A DNA stretch of 64,000 nucleotides from positions 372,001 through 436,000 of the forward strand of contig LSRY02000023.1 of NCBI GenBank assembly GCA_001643675.2. Direction: 5' to 3'. Shown one piece after another: positions 42,801 to 52,884 of this stretch. Positions within the stretch are counted from its first letter, which is position 1. Each line of letters opens with the position of its first letter. Source of the stretch: Monocercomonoides exilis PA203. Lineage: Eukaryota; Protista; Preaxostyla. The notes below the pieces were generated by a model. The model was not told the origin of the DNA. It did no database searches and was given only the letters and a program-made list of their open reading frames with translations. The translations under genes were made by a program, and so were the position numbers.

Positions 42801-43907
42801 ATCGTCCAATATTTCAGTTCTGAGCGAGAGGTTCACAGACTCGCCACCACCTTCATCAGCCTTCGAGGATGATGAGGATAGATTCAAAAAAGAGTGCCTG
42901 AGGTGGAAGGCGCCTGAGTTGCAGATGAACAGGAAAATGGGAGCAACAAAGGAGTCGGTGGTGTTTTCGATTGGGATGATGCTTTGGGAGTGCCTGACGC
43001 TGGATGTTCCGTTTGGGGAGTATGAGGCAGAGGTGGCGGGGCAGAAGATTGTGAATGGGGAGAGGCCGAGGATGGAAGCTGTTGAATGTGTGAGCTGGAG
43101 CGAGCTTGTGAAGAGCTGTTGGGGAGGGCAGCCATCAGAGCGGAAGACGCTTGGAGAAGTGAAGCGAGAGTTGATTGGGCATTTTCCAGCTGGAGCCGTG
43201 ATGGTTACGATGTCAGATGCGATTGATCTGAGGAAGGAAAACGAAAGCGGAAGCAGAAGTGGAAGAAGCGATGATGGATACAGAAGCTAAAAGTTGAAGG
43301 TGAAGATGGAACAAGAGAAGAGAAAGGACGGATGCCGGACATGAGCTGCTGAGCCGATGAGTTTCTGATGAACGTTTGCTGAGTTTGTTCAGAACAGATG
43401 GTATTTTGTGAGCACCCACATGGTGAGCAAAGCCGAAAGATGCTGCAAAATGGGAGGCAAGCTTCTTCTTCTTCTTCTTCTATTCTTTGAGAAGATATTC
43501 TTCCAAACAATTCCTTCGCTGATCGATTACAATGAAAAGAATGATGAATTTGAAGAAGAAGAAAAGGGTGCAAACGGGTGAGGATGATGATGAGATAACG
43601 CTTTTGATGTTTGTGGGATGGGAGAAAAAAAAGCTGTTGCTCAACAGTGGTTGCTGAGGAGAGATTTTCTTCTCACTCCTTGGCATGCATTCTTCTGTTT
43701 TCCGTTGAGTGTGCTGCTTTTGAAAGGCTGAAGACAAAGCAACACAATGTGAGGAATGTCTGCAAATGACAAAAGAGAACATGCAATACTTTTGCAACAT
43801 GTGACATTTAGACTTTCTTTTCTATTTTTTATGTTTTCACATTTCTGGCCAATTGCCAAAAAGACATTTTTCGAAGACTGATTCGATTAGATATCATATT
43901 TATCCAA
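33865..43907 (+). repeat. Right arm of the ~10-kb inverted segmental duplication
   Basis: Inverted homology to 9934-19878; ends in TATCC followed by A14. Confidence 0.92.
34123..43290 (+). CDS. 3055-aa intronless receptor-like pseudokinase, paralogue of 10571-19624
   Basis: Collinear with the 3017-aa protein: same signal peptide, CG...PC modules and GGA/FxxN repeats, TM (WIIIVVSCIIFVVLLLIIVVVTI-RWR) and degenerate kinase C-lobe. Confidence 0.92.
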   Translation: MGAGIFHFRFYLPSTSLARCTSDMGASINIVALMLLVVNYYNCGDISISQIQQKWNEEMQKARISIGNRNGEGNNNLCIYAAKSKNAIDNHVCCIQTCLNIINTSLCMTHLNVIPLTGCPLLTAQHHSAATIISSTCQIQPATKSPLFLTAHASLALTNFSFTTPQPAILSFPLFSTPNNLLHNAHSPIPASFSISHSSFSSLVSLIQPFLFSPSSISSPFPFPSPSSSLSPFSSSSSSSSSSISSFPPSLSPSISSSSSLLQHYHQSYPHLQIHLDLHLSNTLFTNITTAPQPTHTIPAKPTHPHNTFTTTTTTTITTTTTTTTNANAIHFFSLRSSLFIHSTIFHHTHNPIDGDILPNLNSPSTSLSAFNASFLHQTRSLPNAAKVYVGNETDRMKPGRLDSFDANSHRFEWCEWNDSNGGSLKGGALCVSCTNANLAIISCSFDNCSNTYHGGALYCGHLMNINITMTNFTSCSAGYGGAAFVDWPELNSAWSFSENKAERCSITGWCGICWNFWLNNMTSNGQFQFLKCDCFANSGGDSTGSLSFNYPPETKPNKFLVNECQFINNKLTASSTFGGAGLCCTRTFTWMNGLKFISFCFFDANTAENGRGNDVFFNESYITQSPFTECISTTPTNRVWNAGTATNDVFNNWLPLIPSSKIVGNSGTDAGGCGRTQQMPCATIEFALNGFIPLQIAHLTLLNSTFVPTQTLTFNAADTKITGNGTDATTIASSGIPQQPNSHSHSSQSTTSLSSFSSLSTTSSPDPSSSSALFQQTQGSLTVSALTIAHNSTNQITPILFHLSDNSPSLNLNTTTITGTTPSSSTITTPLFFLTAGSLALNHTAITSLPLSSPSIFHLTSLTAPLTLNSSNITHITSTATPTSCVLSSATSPALSLSLTNCTITNINSEQLSQQTATNGGCISFASSASDNTFSASDSTFSSCSVSEDTSSGGRGGALMIEFNHGSQVSESSFSITNIVFSANKACVGRDMYFVCESLVASVKEPLFSFMRNITQKDNSVFGSDRTQMFSDWDVDLFLFLDGFIGDKVYVDGASGVEEMFCGLEKVPCKSVNYGMERLKRMQSIQQEIIACSNSLMAGCLDVGGMSVKAKTEAVVEIECQAEVSGSEGCVLKSSSLTEMEFIGIVVPSSFNRTIASVIESSSTNGELHMKNCEMSVIGGKRSTIGFSLIKSTGKKVELDSVTISDVKSTVSLFSFSLSSANMNEQEFKLKLLNCTLKGLEIDSGEAAEGKAAVFGGSFGVGMVLNDSKIEGAVSEKSKEGGALKIVLSEGGYVALENSSFTECICENMSEGGKGGGIYLDCSLNEEGFQLSSISFSGCSATVGKNMFVKSESLVNTVKIERFAFDCSGYKDDGNAFVGEDGIYGEMDLRVFLVSLKWVVVSVSTDGHDTLGCGSEVFPCQSMKSGIDHIDRSGTEGERKVKVRDEGTIEDIYSFIDALVIDGCVNEGDEIKHRPIHFEGTIKGNSGSSSVISSTSSLILLSLKLQIPSQFISKMNKLISSSGVLQLENCSFENQSSDIIQYSLICATSGSCTLKGCSMTNCLLSNSPFVMSSSVLFERSNFSNIMNTGSGEGGVARVILKNDEYLIIKSTNVSSCSLSTDKEKGGFLYFDCQECSNEKPFLLESVTFENNNAAIGKKVFIMGKDFNASVTNNTFKFDYLSMINDDNLFVGSDGNHQEKDLFMFLIPYSSFEIFISSEGFDVARCGSEEEPCLTMWKGMKNMKKENEKKTIQIEGSTIIRDSFNVSNYQIKKSVKMGEENAKAILNFEKSIGSQLEYFMENDDHLELTNIQLQLSSGFDNSAKTIISNKGGDLAIRKCSFHSEAGVDNGFDCVFVDAIGGSVKVNDLSIESCNVGNSIFVINNAGITCHFVNVRVESLNESRGCIISIKKCEPDLKTNEENEECINIEINKSSFSGVKRSDNGPSILESKSEKNICLVVSESNITEDKAETSEKGGAIFFTLGASGSMKMIDSTINHCSCSSDIGRGGGVYLATKERGDLNFSFLRMKFRNNTASVGNDIFIECFNITSQINENQFQFDLRDIHFIRDDAIFGRDLCDYPSDTNLIEFVMIHQSDTIIVCGVNGSNEKQCGTNTLPCYSIDYGLMHLTSDFMSQMIVVEESVIGGEINLNEMSMCSKSREMCEVEVKSEIESTREALVTTAGSVSFLRLSFVFDSNFISSHESMISPEGGILEVMNCSFISKQSSGEGNIELTNILFRIINMEKGELQLMECKVTKLVLHKSALHLSSPLPSVIYLLSICNSTIETSLIDINECGQLTIKDFKTENVSLKGNEESLMCCMSMKKTIQLVNCTMGNATSKMTKGKLMKLENCSDVKMDGCIFDGSSKEINEENMNEEKDICKWDGSLVEVVKSSVMMKDTTISNSLDGGVTLSGGNMTIEMGLFENNNPSIEGYPSLRRNIICSDSGILNVMSLKGGDGVLPNTSLWMLNDRCSFEGIVSERDSSFFIPVLESVEAREETDRMKLIFKGLLLVPCNLSFSVVKRKGEEKEIEKHDFDSNGFLSENEAKGSVGKDLISNCGDEIEVSVSVLFGNAESPSSTNSFIMKNTSEAEMNGDERIVEGGNGTKFSWIIIVVSCIIFVVLLLIIVVVTIRWRNSKRRTEELEEIVNDTVKKDPKLIEMVTMEMSPEEQWRRAEREAEKKNEENAKRRMCGKKMAHSESEEYLLSESGSTEYILGKDSDKIPDWMLEKVDEKEEEETRKRTPSPSISSISSTSTTDSDSTFVRGEDLCPTTSSMSNLVDAMACSCPYEKLIVDLRDSLFMLLHGRNEKKEMAIGSLKEREQTASQILFWVANLALHSFDEMDNPLQSLANLSPHIVLFSEHMVICVVMHSDFLSSDDSDSSSASSITIVSTSSNISVLSERFTDSPPPSSAFEDDEDRFKKECLRWKAPELQMNRKMGATKESVVFSIGMMLWECLTLDVPFGEYEAEVAGQKIVNGERPRMEAVECVSWSELVKSCWGGQPSERKTLGEVKRELIGHFPAGAVMVTMSDAIDLRKENESGSRSGRSDDGYRS

Positions 43908-44744
43908 AAAAAAAAAAAATCTGATTGAAAATTCATTTTGAAAAACAAGAGGATAAATCAAAAAAAGTTCCAAAGTTGAAAGAGTTTATAGCATAACTTT
44001 TTTCTTGAACACTGGCTTATGCAACCATTGCAACATATTGAACATTTTGATACGACTTTGCCATTTCATTGATGGAAAAATTTTGTTTTAATTCGCATCA
44101 CGAAAAAATGTTTGAATTCTTTATAAAAAAACACCAAATTCAGAATTGGGCACTTTTGAAGAAATATTGAAAATTCAATCTTTTGAGGTGTTATTTTTTT
44201 TCTCTTTTTTTTATTCGTTAAATAATTAAAGACATTATTCAGCAGATCACACGAACATTATTATTTTCTTTTTGCATTTTTCAAATCTCTTTTCTACACG
44301 TTTCGAACTTCTTTTTTTTTCAAAAATACAGCACTCTTGTTTTAATTTTGAATACGGATATGTCTCGCAAACACCAACGAACAATTTAAAGATCGAGCAA
44401 AATAAAACTTTCTAAACATGTAATGATATTTTGTTATTTAAGAGTCATGGATAAAAAGCAGCTTTAAAACATATTATTAAACGTGAGTGAATATAATTGC
44501 CAATTGGTCAACTTGCTCATTGATTGGTACAATGCAATTGTATTCCATTTTCGTCTTTTTTCTTTCACATATATTTTTTTATATTAGAAACTATCTTTTT
44601 GTTATAACTGTAAAATAAAAGATTGCCTATTTACATTCAATTATTAAATGAGAGAAATGTCAAAAATGCAATGGCTTCCATTCAAGAAAAGAATGGTGCT
44701 TTGCGTTGGAACTCACATCATTCTCCAGGTTCCTCAAAAAATGT

Positions 44745-45460
44745 TTAGTAAATAAGCTGAGGTGGGGACATTGTGCTCTTAATGTGAATACGGCGAATGT
44801 TTTGCCAATTCTTTTTCAAAAGCGAGCACAAAAAGTTGATTGAGATCGAAATATTACGAATGATATCTTGTTCGTTCATATCGACACGTGCAACAGGCAC
44901 ATTCAAGCAAAGAGCTTTTTTCAGTTGGAACTTCACTGAAGACTTAACTTCAGCAGCTTTCACTGCCAAATCTTCTGTGTGTGTAACAACTGTTGGGAAC
45001 TTACCCATCTTGTTCAGAGTTGGTCCAAGAAGACGAGGAAGTTGCTTGATCAATGAATCAGAAGCAAGGAAATAATCGTATTTGTGGCCGAGCTTCCTCA
45101 CTAACTTTTTGTCCTTGTTCAATTTTTTCAAGTCACCGACATTCATGAATGGAAGTCCTTTCTTTTGAGCTTCTTCCTCATGGGCTGCATCTGCAAAAAC
45201 ACAGACAGTTCTTCGTGGGCAAGCCATAACAGGAAGAGCAATTGATCCGGAAAAACGTCTATCCGTGTTTGGATCGTAGTTTTTAAGCCCAACTTGCAAT
45301 TCAATCTATTCAGCAAAGAGAAAATCCAAAAAATTGTAAAAATCATCAAACAGAAATAAATATTTCATACTGTTTCTACAAACTTGCGGGGATGCTTTTT
45401 CTTGTAATCAAGAATAGATGCAACCGCAGAACGCATAATTTCGCCATCAATTTTTGACAT
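44745..45460 (-). CDS. RPL10A: 60S ribosomal protein L10a (uL1); intron 45306-45370
   Basis: MSKID...RKFVET|IELQVGLKNYDP..DRRFSG; LKKLNKDKKLVRKL; FLASDSLIKQLPRLLGPTLNKMGKFP; LLKKNWQN; IKSTM. Confidence 0.98.
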
Positions 45461-45583
45461 TTTTCAGATTTTTGACAATTTTTGATTGAGTCGCCTTCAA
45501 AAGGGGAATATTTTTTGATCAAATAAAATGCAATAATGGTAGCTTCTTCATTGTGAATTAGAAATTTTCTAATTTGTTGCAAA

Positions 45584-46650
45584 TTAAGATATCCAATGAA
45601 AAAAAATGAATGAAATAAGCAAAATTACAAAGAACAAGATGAGAAATCTTTTCGGAAAATGAAGTAAAAATTTTCCTTTTTTTGCTTTCAAGTTAATTGG
45701 GCTTTCAGATAAATATCGTATTTCAATTTTTGGCTTCGATGTAAATTTTGCTTTTTTCTCTTCAATTTTTTCGCTTTTGCTCTCAATTTCGTTTTGAACA
45801 ATCAAATAATTTGCGATAGCATCGGATATATGTTTAATCATTTCAGGATGATCAACATAAAAATGACCAGCATTAGGAATAACTTTTATGGAAAACATTC
45901 CGTTCGAATGAATGCTCCATTCATTCATTTTTTCAACAGGAACCATTTTATCATTTTCTCCTGTTATAACAGTTAGTGGAAATTTTAAAGGTGTGTCAAT
46001 GCTCGTGAATGGGGCTGATTTATACTGTTCTACAGCAATTATATCAGCTCTAAGAGGAGGTAAAGCTATTTTTTTGATCTTTGGATCTGTAATAATTGGG
46101 CTTCCATAACGCTTAAGCATTTCTTCTTGAAGTTCATCATCAGGAAGTCTCCCAATACAAGGAAGAAAAGGATTAAAATGCATCGGAAGATGCCCAGAAC
46201 ATATTAAATGCTTTGGTAAAGCTAAGTGTTCAAGTTGAAGGCGTCTTGCCATCTCGTATGCACAAGCAGCTCCATAGCTATGTCCATAGAAAAAAAACGG
46301 AAGGTTTCGTGATTTTGAAAACCATTCGCGAGTATCTCTCAATAAATTATCAACCAATTTTGTTACACTTGTAAAAGAAGTTTCTTCAATTCTGACCCCT
46401 CGTCCAGGATATGCAACGCCAATCACTTGGCATGACAAAGGAAGAGATTTGGCCCACCTAATATTAAACTCAAAATAAAAAGAAATGAAAAAAATCTTTA
46501 GTGAAATGAAAACTTATGCAACATAGATACCATATAAGGGGAAGTACCTGCAAAAGGAAAGCAGAACAGTTGTATTTTTGGCTTCACTGCTTTTGATTCT
46601 GGTCTATGAATTACGTTAAACCATTTCGTCTTTGGATATAACGAATCCAT
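45584..46650 (-). CDS. Type II thioesterase (GrsT/RifR-like alpha/beta hydrolase) with a C-terminal hydrophobic anchor; one intron near 46460-46520
   Basis: LFCFPFAG, YPGRGVRIEE, FFFYGHSYGA (GxSxG), LPPLRAD, ITGENDKMV, GHFY; ends RFLILFFVILLISFIFFHWIS. Confidence 0.9.
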
Positions 46651-46749
46651 GCACGAAAAAGTTCGATGACTAATTTATTTCAAATTGTTCAAAAGACCAA
46701 AAAGAAAACTTTTTGCTTTGATCAAAATCCGTAACAAAATATTTAATTG

Positions 46750-47171
46750 ATGGTAAAATTGAAACTGTATTTCAGGTATATCACAAATAGTTTCAAATTA
46801 TGAAATTCATATCAATGTTTATGTTGATGATATTCTCAAATTAGCGGAGGAATTGAAGGGCTTTTCAAAGGAGTTAAAAATCATGAAATAGATATTTCGG
46901 AATCGGTAACTATACAAACAATAGTCCCTTGGATCCAAGCGAACTTACTCAGTGGAGATGAAAAACACGAATTTTGCGTAGATGGAAAGATGTTTGCGTT
47001 TATTATTTTTGGAGTTATATTCATTTTTGTGATTTTTATGTTATATCATTCAAAAGACGACCGGGAATCATTTTCCTTGTTAATGATGCTGATTGGGCAT
47101 TATTCGATGCTACAACTCCATTGCAAGAAGGAGATGAAATATCGTTCATCAGTACAATCCATGGTGGATGA
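46750..47171 (+). CDS. URM1: Ubiquitin-related modifier 1; introns 46776-46844 and 46992-47056
   Basis: MVKLKLYFSGGIEGLF...IRPGIIFLVNDADWAL...GDEISFISTIHGG-stop. Confidence 0.96.
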
Positions 47172-47315
47172 GAATTTTTTCGTTTCCACTTCATTTTATT
47201 CAAAACCTCTTTTTATTGCAAAAGCCAAAAGAAAATGGTAAACGTGTTGATTTTTAATTTTTTTGTTGTACCATTGAATCAGATCTTTAAAAAAAAAACT
47301 TCATATCTTGAGATT

Positions 47316-49187
47316 CTAAAAGTCATTCGATTCATTATTTGAAGAAATGATCTCTTTATTTGCACCTTCTTCCTTGTATTTGGAAGCAATTTCCATGTCA
47401 TTAGTCACTTCGACACTCGGATATTCATCATCAGCTTGCTGGTGAATGTGAGATTTTATTTGTTCATTTGAAGAATTACAAATGGAATCTTCCATATCCT
47501 CTTTTTCCTCTTTTTCCTCTTTTTCCTCTTTTTCCTCTTTTTCCTCTTTTTCCTCTTTTTCCTCTTTTTCCTCTCTTTTCTCTTCATCTTCTATTTCATT
47601 CTTCTCTCCATCTACCTTTGAGATTGTAAAAATTTCACTACTTCCTCTTTCCTCTTCATGCTCCTCTTTTGAGTCTTCATCTTTAAAAGTCTGAAGCAAA
47701 GAACTCTCAACATCTTGAGAATTAGCTCTGACAGCATCGTTTTCTTCATCATTTTCCATTTTGGCTTGTTCTCCTTTTTCTTCATTAGCATCCTTTTGTT
47801 GTTCTCCTCCTCCTCCTCCTCCTTCTTTCTTTTCTGATTTCTCTTCTTTTTCGTCTTTGTTGGTTTTATCAGTCGTTTCTTCTTCTTTCTTCTCCTTAGC
47901 TTCTTCTCTTTCATCTTCTTCATCTTCTTCATCTTCATCCTTCTCCACCACCTCCTTCTCCTTCTCCTTCTCCTCTTTCTCATCTTCCTCTTCTTCTTCT
48001 TCCTCACCATTAGATTCCCCGCTTTCTCCCCATGCATCCTCTTCTTCTTCCTCTTCTTCCTCTTCCTCTTCTTCTTCTTCTTCTTCTTCTTCTTCTTCTT
48101 CTTCTTCTTCTTCTTCTTCTTCTTCTTCTTCCTCTCCTTTCATCACCAGGATGCTGCCGATGTCATTCACAGTCGTCACAGACTGCGAATTCTGCTGCGG
48201 CGGCGACCGGACAGAGGAAGAGGAAGATGAAGAAAAAGACGAAGATGCATACGGATAGCTGGCTGATCCCGCCTGCACATGCGGAAAGGGGCTGCTGAAG
48301 ACGCTGATGCTGTTGATTGTGTGCAGACCAGGGATCAAAGCAACAAACGTCACGGTGAATTGAACAGGGGTGTTCTGCTCTAAGTCGCCGATTTCCTTTT
48401 ATTTATTTAATGATTTATTAACAAGAGAAAAGAAAGAAAAGAAAAAAATGAATAAAAAGAGTTGATGAAATTAAAAATAGATGTATATAAAAGAAAACAT
48501 TGCGAATTAATGTGTAGGGGGAAAATTGAGTAACAATAGAAATAGTATAAATTACAAAATAAATGAAATTGTAATCGAATAGATAACAGACAATAAAAGA
48601 AGGAGAACAAATAAATATTCCGAAGGAATAGCAATCATATCAACTTGATTTATTGTTTTTCTTATTTCTCCTTCCACTAATCTTTATCTTCCAGTCAGAC
48701 GCTTTTCTTTTTCATTTCCCCAAACTCACAGAGCAAAGAACTTGCACTCTATCATCAAACTCATTCATTCCTTCCTTTATTTATTTATTTATTCATTAAC
48801 TTATTCATTCATTCATTCATTAATTTATCCCTTCATTCATTTATTCATTTATTTTATTTTATTTTTTTTTTATTTATTTATCACTTCAACCACTCACACA
48901 TTCTCATACCTTCCGTGTCTTCCCATGCACCAGCAGCCCTTTCTGCTCGTTTGAGGCCACTTCCACTGCCACATTCGCCACTGCTTCTCTCGCATTGATC
49001 TCAAAAGTTACGTTGAAGGGCTCTTCGACAAGAATAGTCGACGGCACAGACGCAATCCGGATGAGGAACATGTTGGGGGAAGAGAACTGAAGGAAAGATA
49101 AAGAAAGAAAGATTAAAAAAAGAAAAAACGAAAAAACGAAAAAATGAAAAAGAAAGAATAATAATAGTAATGATGATGATGATGATG

Positions 49188-49247
<60 letters not shown>

Positions 49248-51130
49248 GTAACAATAATAACAACAATAATAATAATCGAAGATTATTTTGAAATCAATAA
49301 ATGAACAATTTTCAAAATAAAAAGAAAAAAAGAAAGTTGAAAATTTTTTTGTCTCCTGAAACAAGCGTATTGAAAAAAAAAAGAAGAAGAAGACACAACG
49401 CAGATAAAAACATTAAACATTTAATAAAAATCTTATAATTTGACTCTTTGTTTAAATTTATCTGCATCTCTTCTTGTGATAGTTCCCAATTATTTTCTCT
49501 CAAACACTCCTATCGCACACCAATCCATCGACTTTTCCGCTTTGGTATTTGATTTCCTCGCCAAAGCCAGTTCTGGCAGAGACTGTGACATAAATGTCAG
49601 GTGGATTCATCTGAGACAAGAGATTGAGGGGGTTTGAATAGGATAAAGGAGAATAATGAAAAATGGAATGAATTCGTGAAAGTTTGTATGAATACATGAA
49701 TATATGAATGAATTCATGCAAAAATGAATAACATGTCAAATGAATTTTTTGAAAAAGAGTGTGAAAAAAAAGATAAAATAATAAAACCAAATTATATCAA
49801 AAATCAAATATTATTAGCATATTTTAAATGAATCATATTTTTCCCAATAAATAAATAAATAAATAAATAAATAAATACAATGTAAACACACAGTAGGTTT
49901 TTCCATCCTGAGGCATATGACGTGTGACCAGATATCGACAGGGTTGATGATAACAGGCGATGGAACAACAAACGAGAAAGAAGGAGAAGAAGGAGAAGGA
50001 GAAGATGAAGAAGAAGAAGTCGTTGTTTGTGATGAAGTGGAAAGAGAAGATGAAGAAGAAGATGAGGAGGAGGAGGAGGAGGAGGAAGCATCTGGAAGAG
50101 GAGGAGGATTGCGTGATGGGCGTACAACTTGTGTGTTTGAAAGAGAAGAAGAAGAAGGAGAAGGAGAAGAAGAAGAAGTGAGAGGTGTTGTGGCTTGTTG
50201 GCTTTGAGAAGAAAGAGGGGAAGGTGCATGTTCTGAGGGGAAGGAATATTACAGACAAGGAAGGGGAATAAAAATAAAAATCATTGCAATAAGATAATGT
50301 TTGTGTTGTTAATAAATAGATACATCAAATAGAATAAATAAATAAATAAATAAACTGAATAAACTGAATAAAAAAAATTGTTAACCTTTATTCTTATGCA
50401 CCGACGTCTGTCCAGTTGAAGGCGGAGGAGGCAGCGGTGTTCCATTCGACATCTTCCTCGGTGATTTCAGCGATGCTGGAGAAGCAGCAAGAGAATTGGA
50501 AGAAGAAGAAGGGGAATTTGAAGTGTTCGCAGAAGACACAACAGGGCGGAGTGTTCGTGACAGCATCGAAGCAGCCACATTCGCCAGGCGAAGACGCGGG
50601 CGCCGTGCTGTTTTGGTTTCTTTGGCTTCTTTTGCTTCTCCTTTCAATTCTGGTTTGAGTTTATCGGATGTGTCAGAGAGAGGAGAAGAAGAAGAAGAGG
50701 AAGAGGAAGAAGAAGAAGAAGATGATGATGATGATGATGTTAATGATGCATCAGATGATTGAGATGAAGATGGATCTGCATCGTTTTGTTTGTTTTGGCT
50801 ATCCTCAGAATTTTGAATTTCTTCCTCTTTTCCTTTTTCTTTCTTTTCCTTTTTCCCTTTCTTCTTCTCCCCAATCTCTTTCTCCTTCTCCTTCTCCTCT
50901 TTCTCCTTCTCTTTCTCCTCCTCTTCTTCTTTCTCCTCCTCTCCATCAGCCAAGGCAGCTAAGTTGAGTGTTCCTGGGTGCAGTCCATCTTCGACTATTG
51001 TTTGGCGCGTGGTTGTTGTGACAAGACTCACACGCCGGATGAAAAGAGGCATACGCGACTCGTTGGAGATCCATGCTTGCACATAGAAGGTGTTCTGGAA
51101 GTAAAGGAAAAGAGAGAAAGAGAGAGAGAG

Positions 51131-51193
<63 letters not shown>

Positions 51194-52697
51194 TAGAAAG
51201 AAAGAAAGAAAGTTTGGAAGAATAAATAGAAGAGGAGAGAAGAGACAGAAGAAGAGAAGAAAATGAATGAATGAACAATTCAAATAAAAAGGAAAAAATA
51301 ATAAAAGGAAGTTAAACTTCATGCATAATCGTTAAAAGCTCATCGGTTCCAACATTCAAAAAAGAACAAAAAAAAAAAAAAAAGAAAAAGAAATCTCATT
51401 TTATTTTTTTTCTTTCCTCTTTAACAAAAAAATGTTAGCATTCAATTTATAATTCTTTCCATTTTCATTTCCTCCAACCCCAACAACCAAACAACCCAAC
51501 AACTCAACAACCCAACAGTCAAACATACCGACAGTCTGGGCACGCTCACTTTGATTGAGAGCGGCTTCTCTACCACAGCCGACACGACTGTCCTTGCCTT
51601 CTCGGGGGGAAGCAAGATGGCTGTCTGCTGTGTCACTATCTCGAATCTGAAGCCTTGGCCAAAGAGAACCTGAAGGAAAAAGAGGGGGAAGGAGGAAGGA
51701 GGGGGTGCATGGATGTAAATGTGTGAATGTTGCAGTTTTTGTTTAATTATTTTCAGAATTCAATGAACGTGTATATTTAAATTTTTTGATTAAGGCAACA
51801 ACAATAATAACAATAGCAATAATATACCATAGAAGATTTCCCTCGAAGAGAATCGATCACTTCCTCTTGAGCAAAATATGCGCAGATCGATCCGTGGCCT
51901 GTTCGTTGGCTTCTCACTCGCTCAATGCCTTCAACAGGTCCATATTTCGCAAATTCTGCCAGTATCCTTTCATCGCTGCGATCCATTGGAAAATCATACA
52001 CTTCAATTCCACGTCGCTTAATGGGCAATGGCCCAGAAGATTGCTCAAGTTGTGGCGTTATTTTTGACTGATCGACAATTTCTTGGTAAGATGCTTCAAT
52101 AGCTATGTTGAATTCCCCTTGTTGCAGAGGTGTGATTTGAATTGGAAAATACTGAACACTTTGAGCATTAAGCTGTAATAATTTGAAAGCATATAAACAA
52201 ATATATCACAATTAAAAAATATTCAAATAAATGATAGTTGTATGGAAGAAAATTGCAGAAACCGAAAATGGTTGTTCAGATTCAACATCAGTTTTTTTTG
52301 TTGGATATATGATTTTTTTTGTCAAAACAATATTGGTACAATTTCTTTTTGCTTTTATTATAGCAATAATATCTAAATTTTGTCCTATGAATGAAGTACT
52401 ATGAAATACAAATTGAAATAAAGAATTCTTAAAAAAAATATAAAACCTAGCTCGAGAGGAAATGCCCAAAGCCGAAGATAGAGGAGAATCAGAGGACTCA
52501 AATCCACTTGAATATCCAGAACTGAAATCTAATTAGCAATCAATTAAACTTCAATTATTAAATATTTTCAAAATTTAATAAAAACCAAGATAATCCGAAT
52601 GTATAGGTAAAGAAAATTTAGAAAATAATCGGAGGGGCCTTGCACAAAAAGCTGTTACTGATAATGCTTCGTCAGAATGCCTGGAATCCATCATCAT
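47316..52697 (-). CDS. TRAPPC13/Trs65-like protein, multi-exon, with an RRM-like insertion and an acidic poly-E tail
   Basis: Collinear TRAPPC13-like blocks: SFIGQNLDII, GEFNIAIEASY, VEKPLSIK, FYVQAWISNESRMPLFIRRVSL, VPSTILVEEPFNVTFEI, GLLVHG, IGDLE...TFVALIPGLHTINSISV. Full exon structure not resolved. Confidence 0.72.
49165..49275. repeat. (TGA)n/(TAA)n trinucleotide microsatellite, intronic
   Basis: Direct read. Confidence 0.9.
51112..51189. repeat. (AG)n/(AGAT)n microsatellite, intronic
   Basis: Direct read. Confidence 0.9.
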
Positions 52698-52884
52698 CAG
52701 AAACAATATGGATCAAAGGGTATTCGATCACAAAAATTGAATGATGATTGAAATGCAAATAATGTGAAAAACCAATGTTCAAATAGATTTTTCTCAAATC
52801 ATGCAAAGAAAATTTGAGTTTCAATTTCAATTAAGAAATCCATAATTATTGTTATATACGACTTTTCAATAACAATCTTGAGCC

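Noticed and set aside
48407-50258. Poly-Y/poly-L/poly-F ORFs
   Set aside because: Translations of intronic microsatellites and of off-frame low-complexity exons of the TRAPPC13-like gene.
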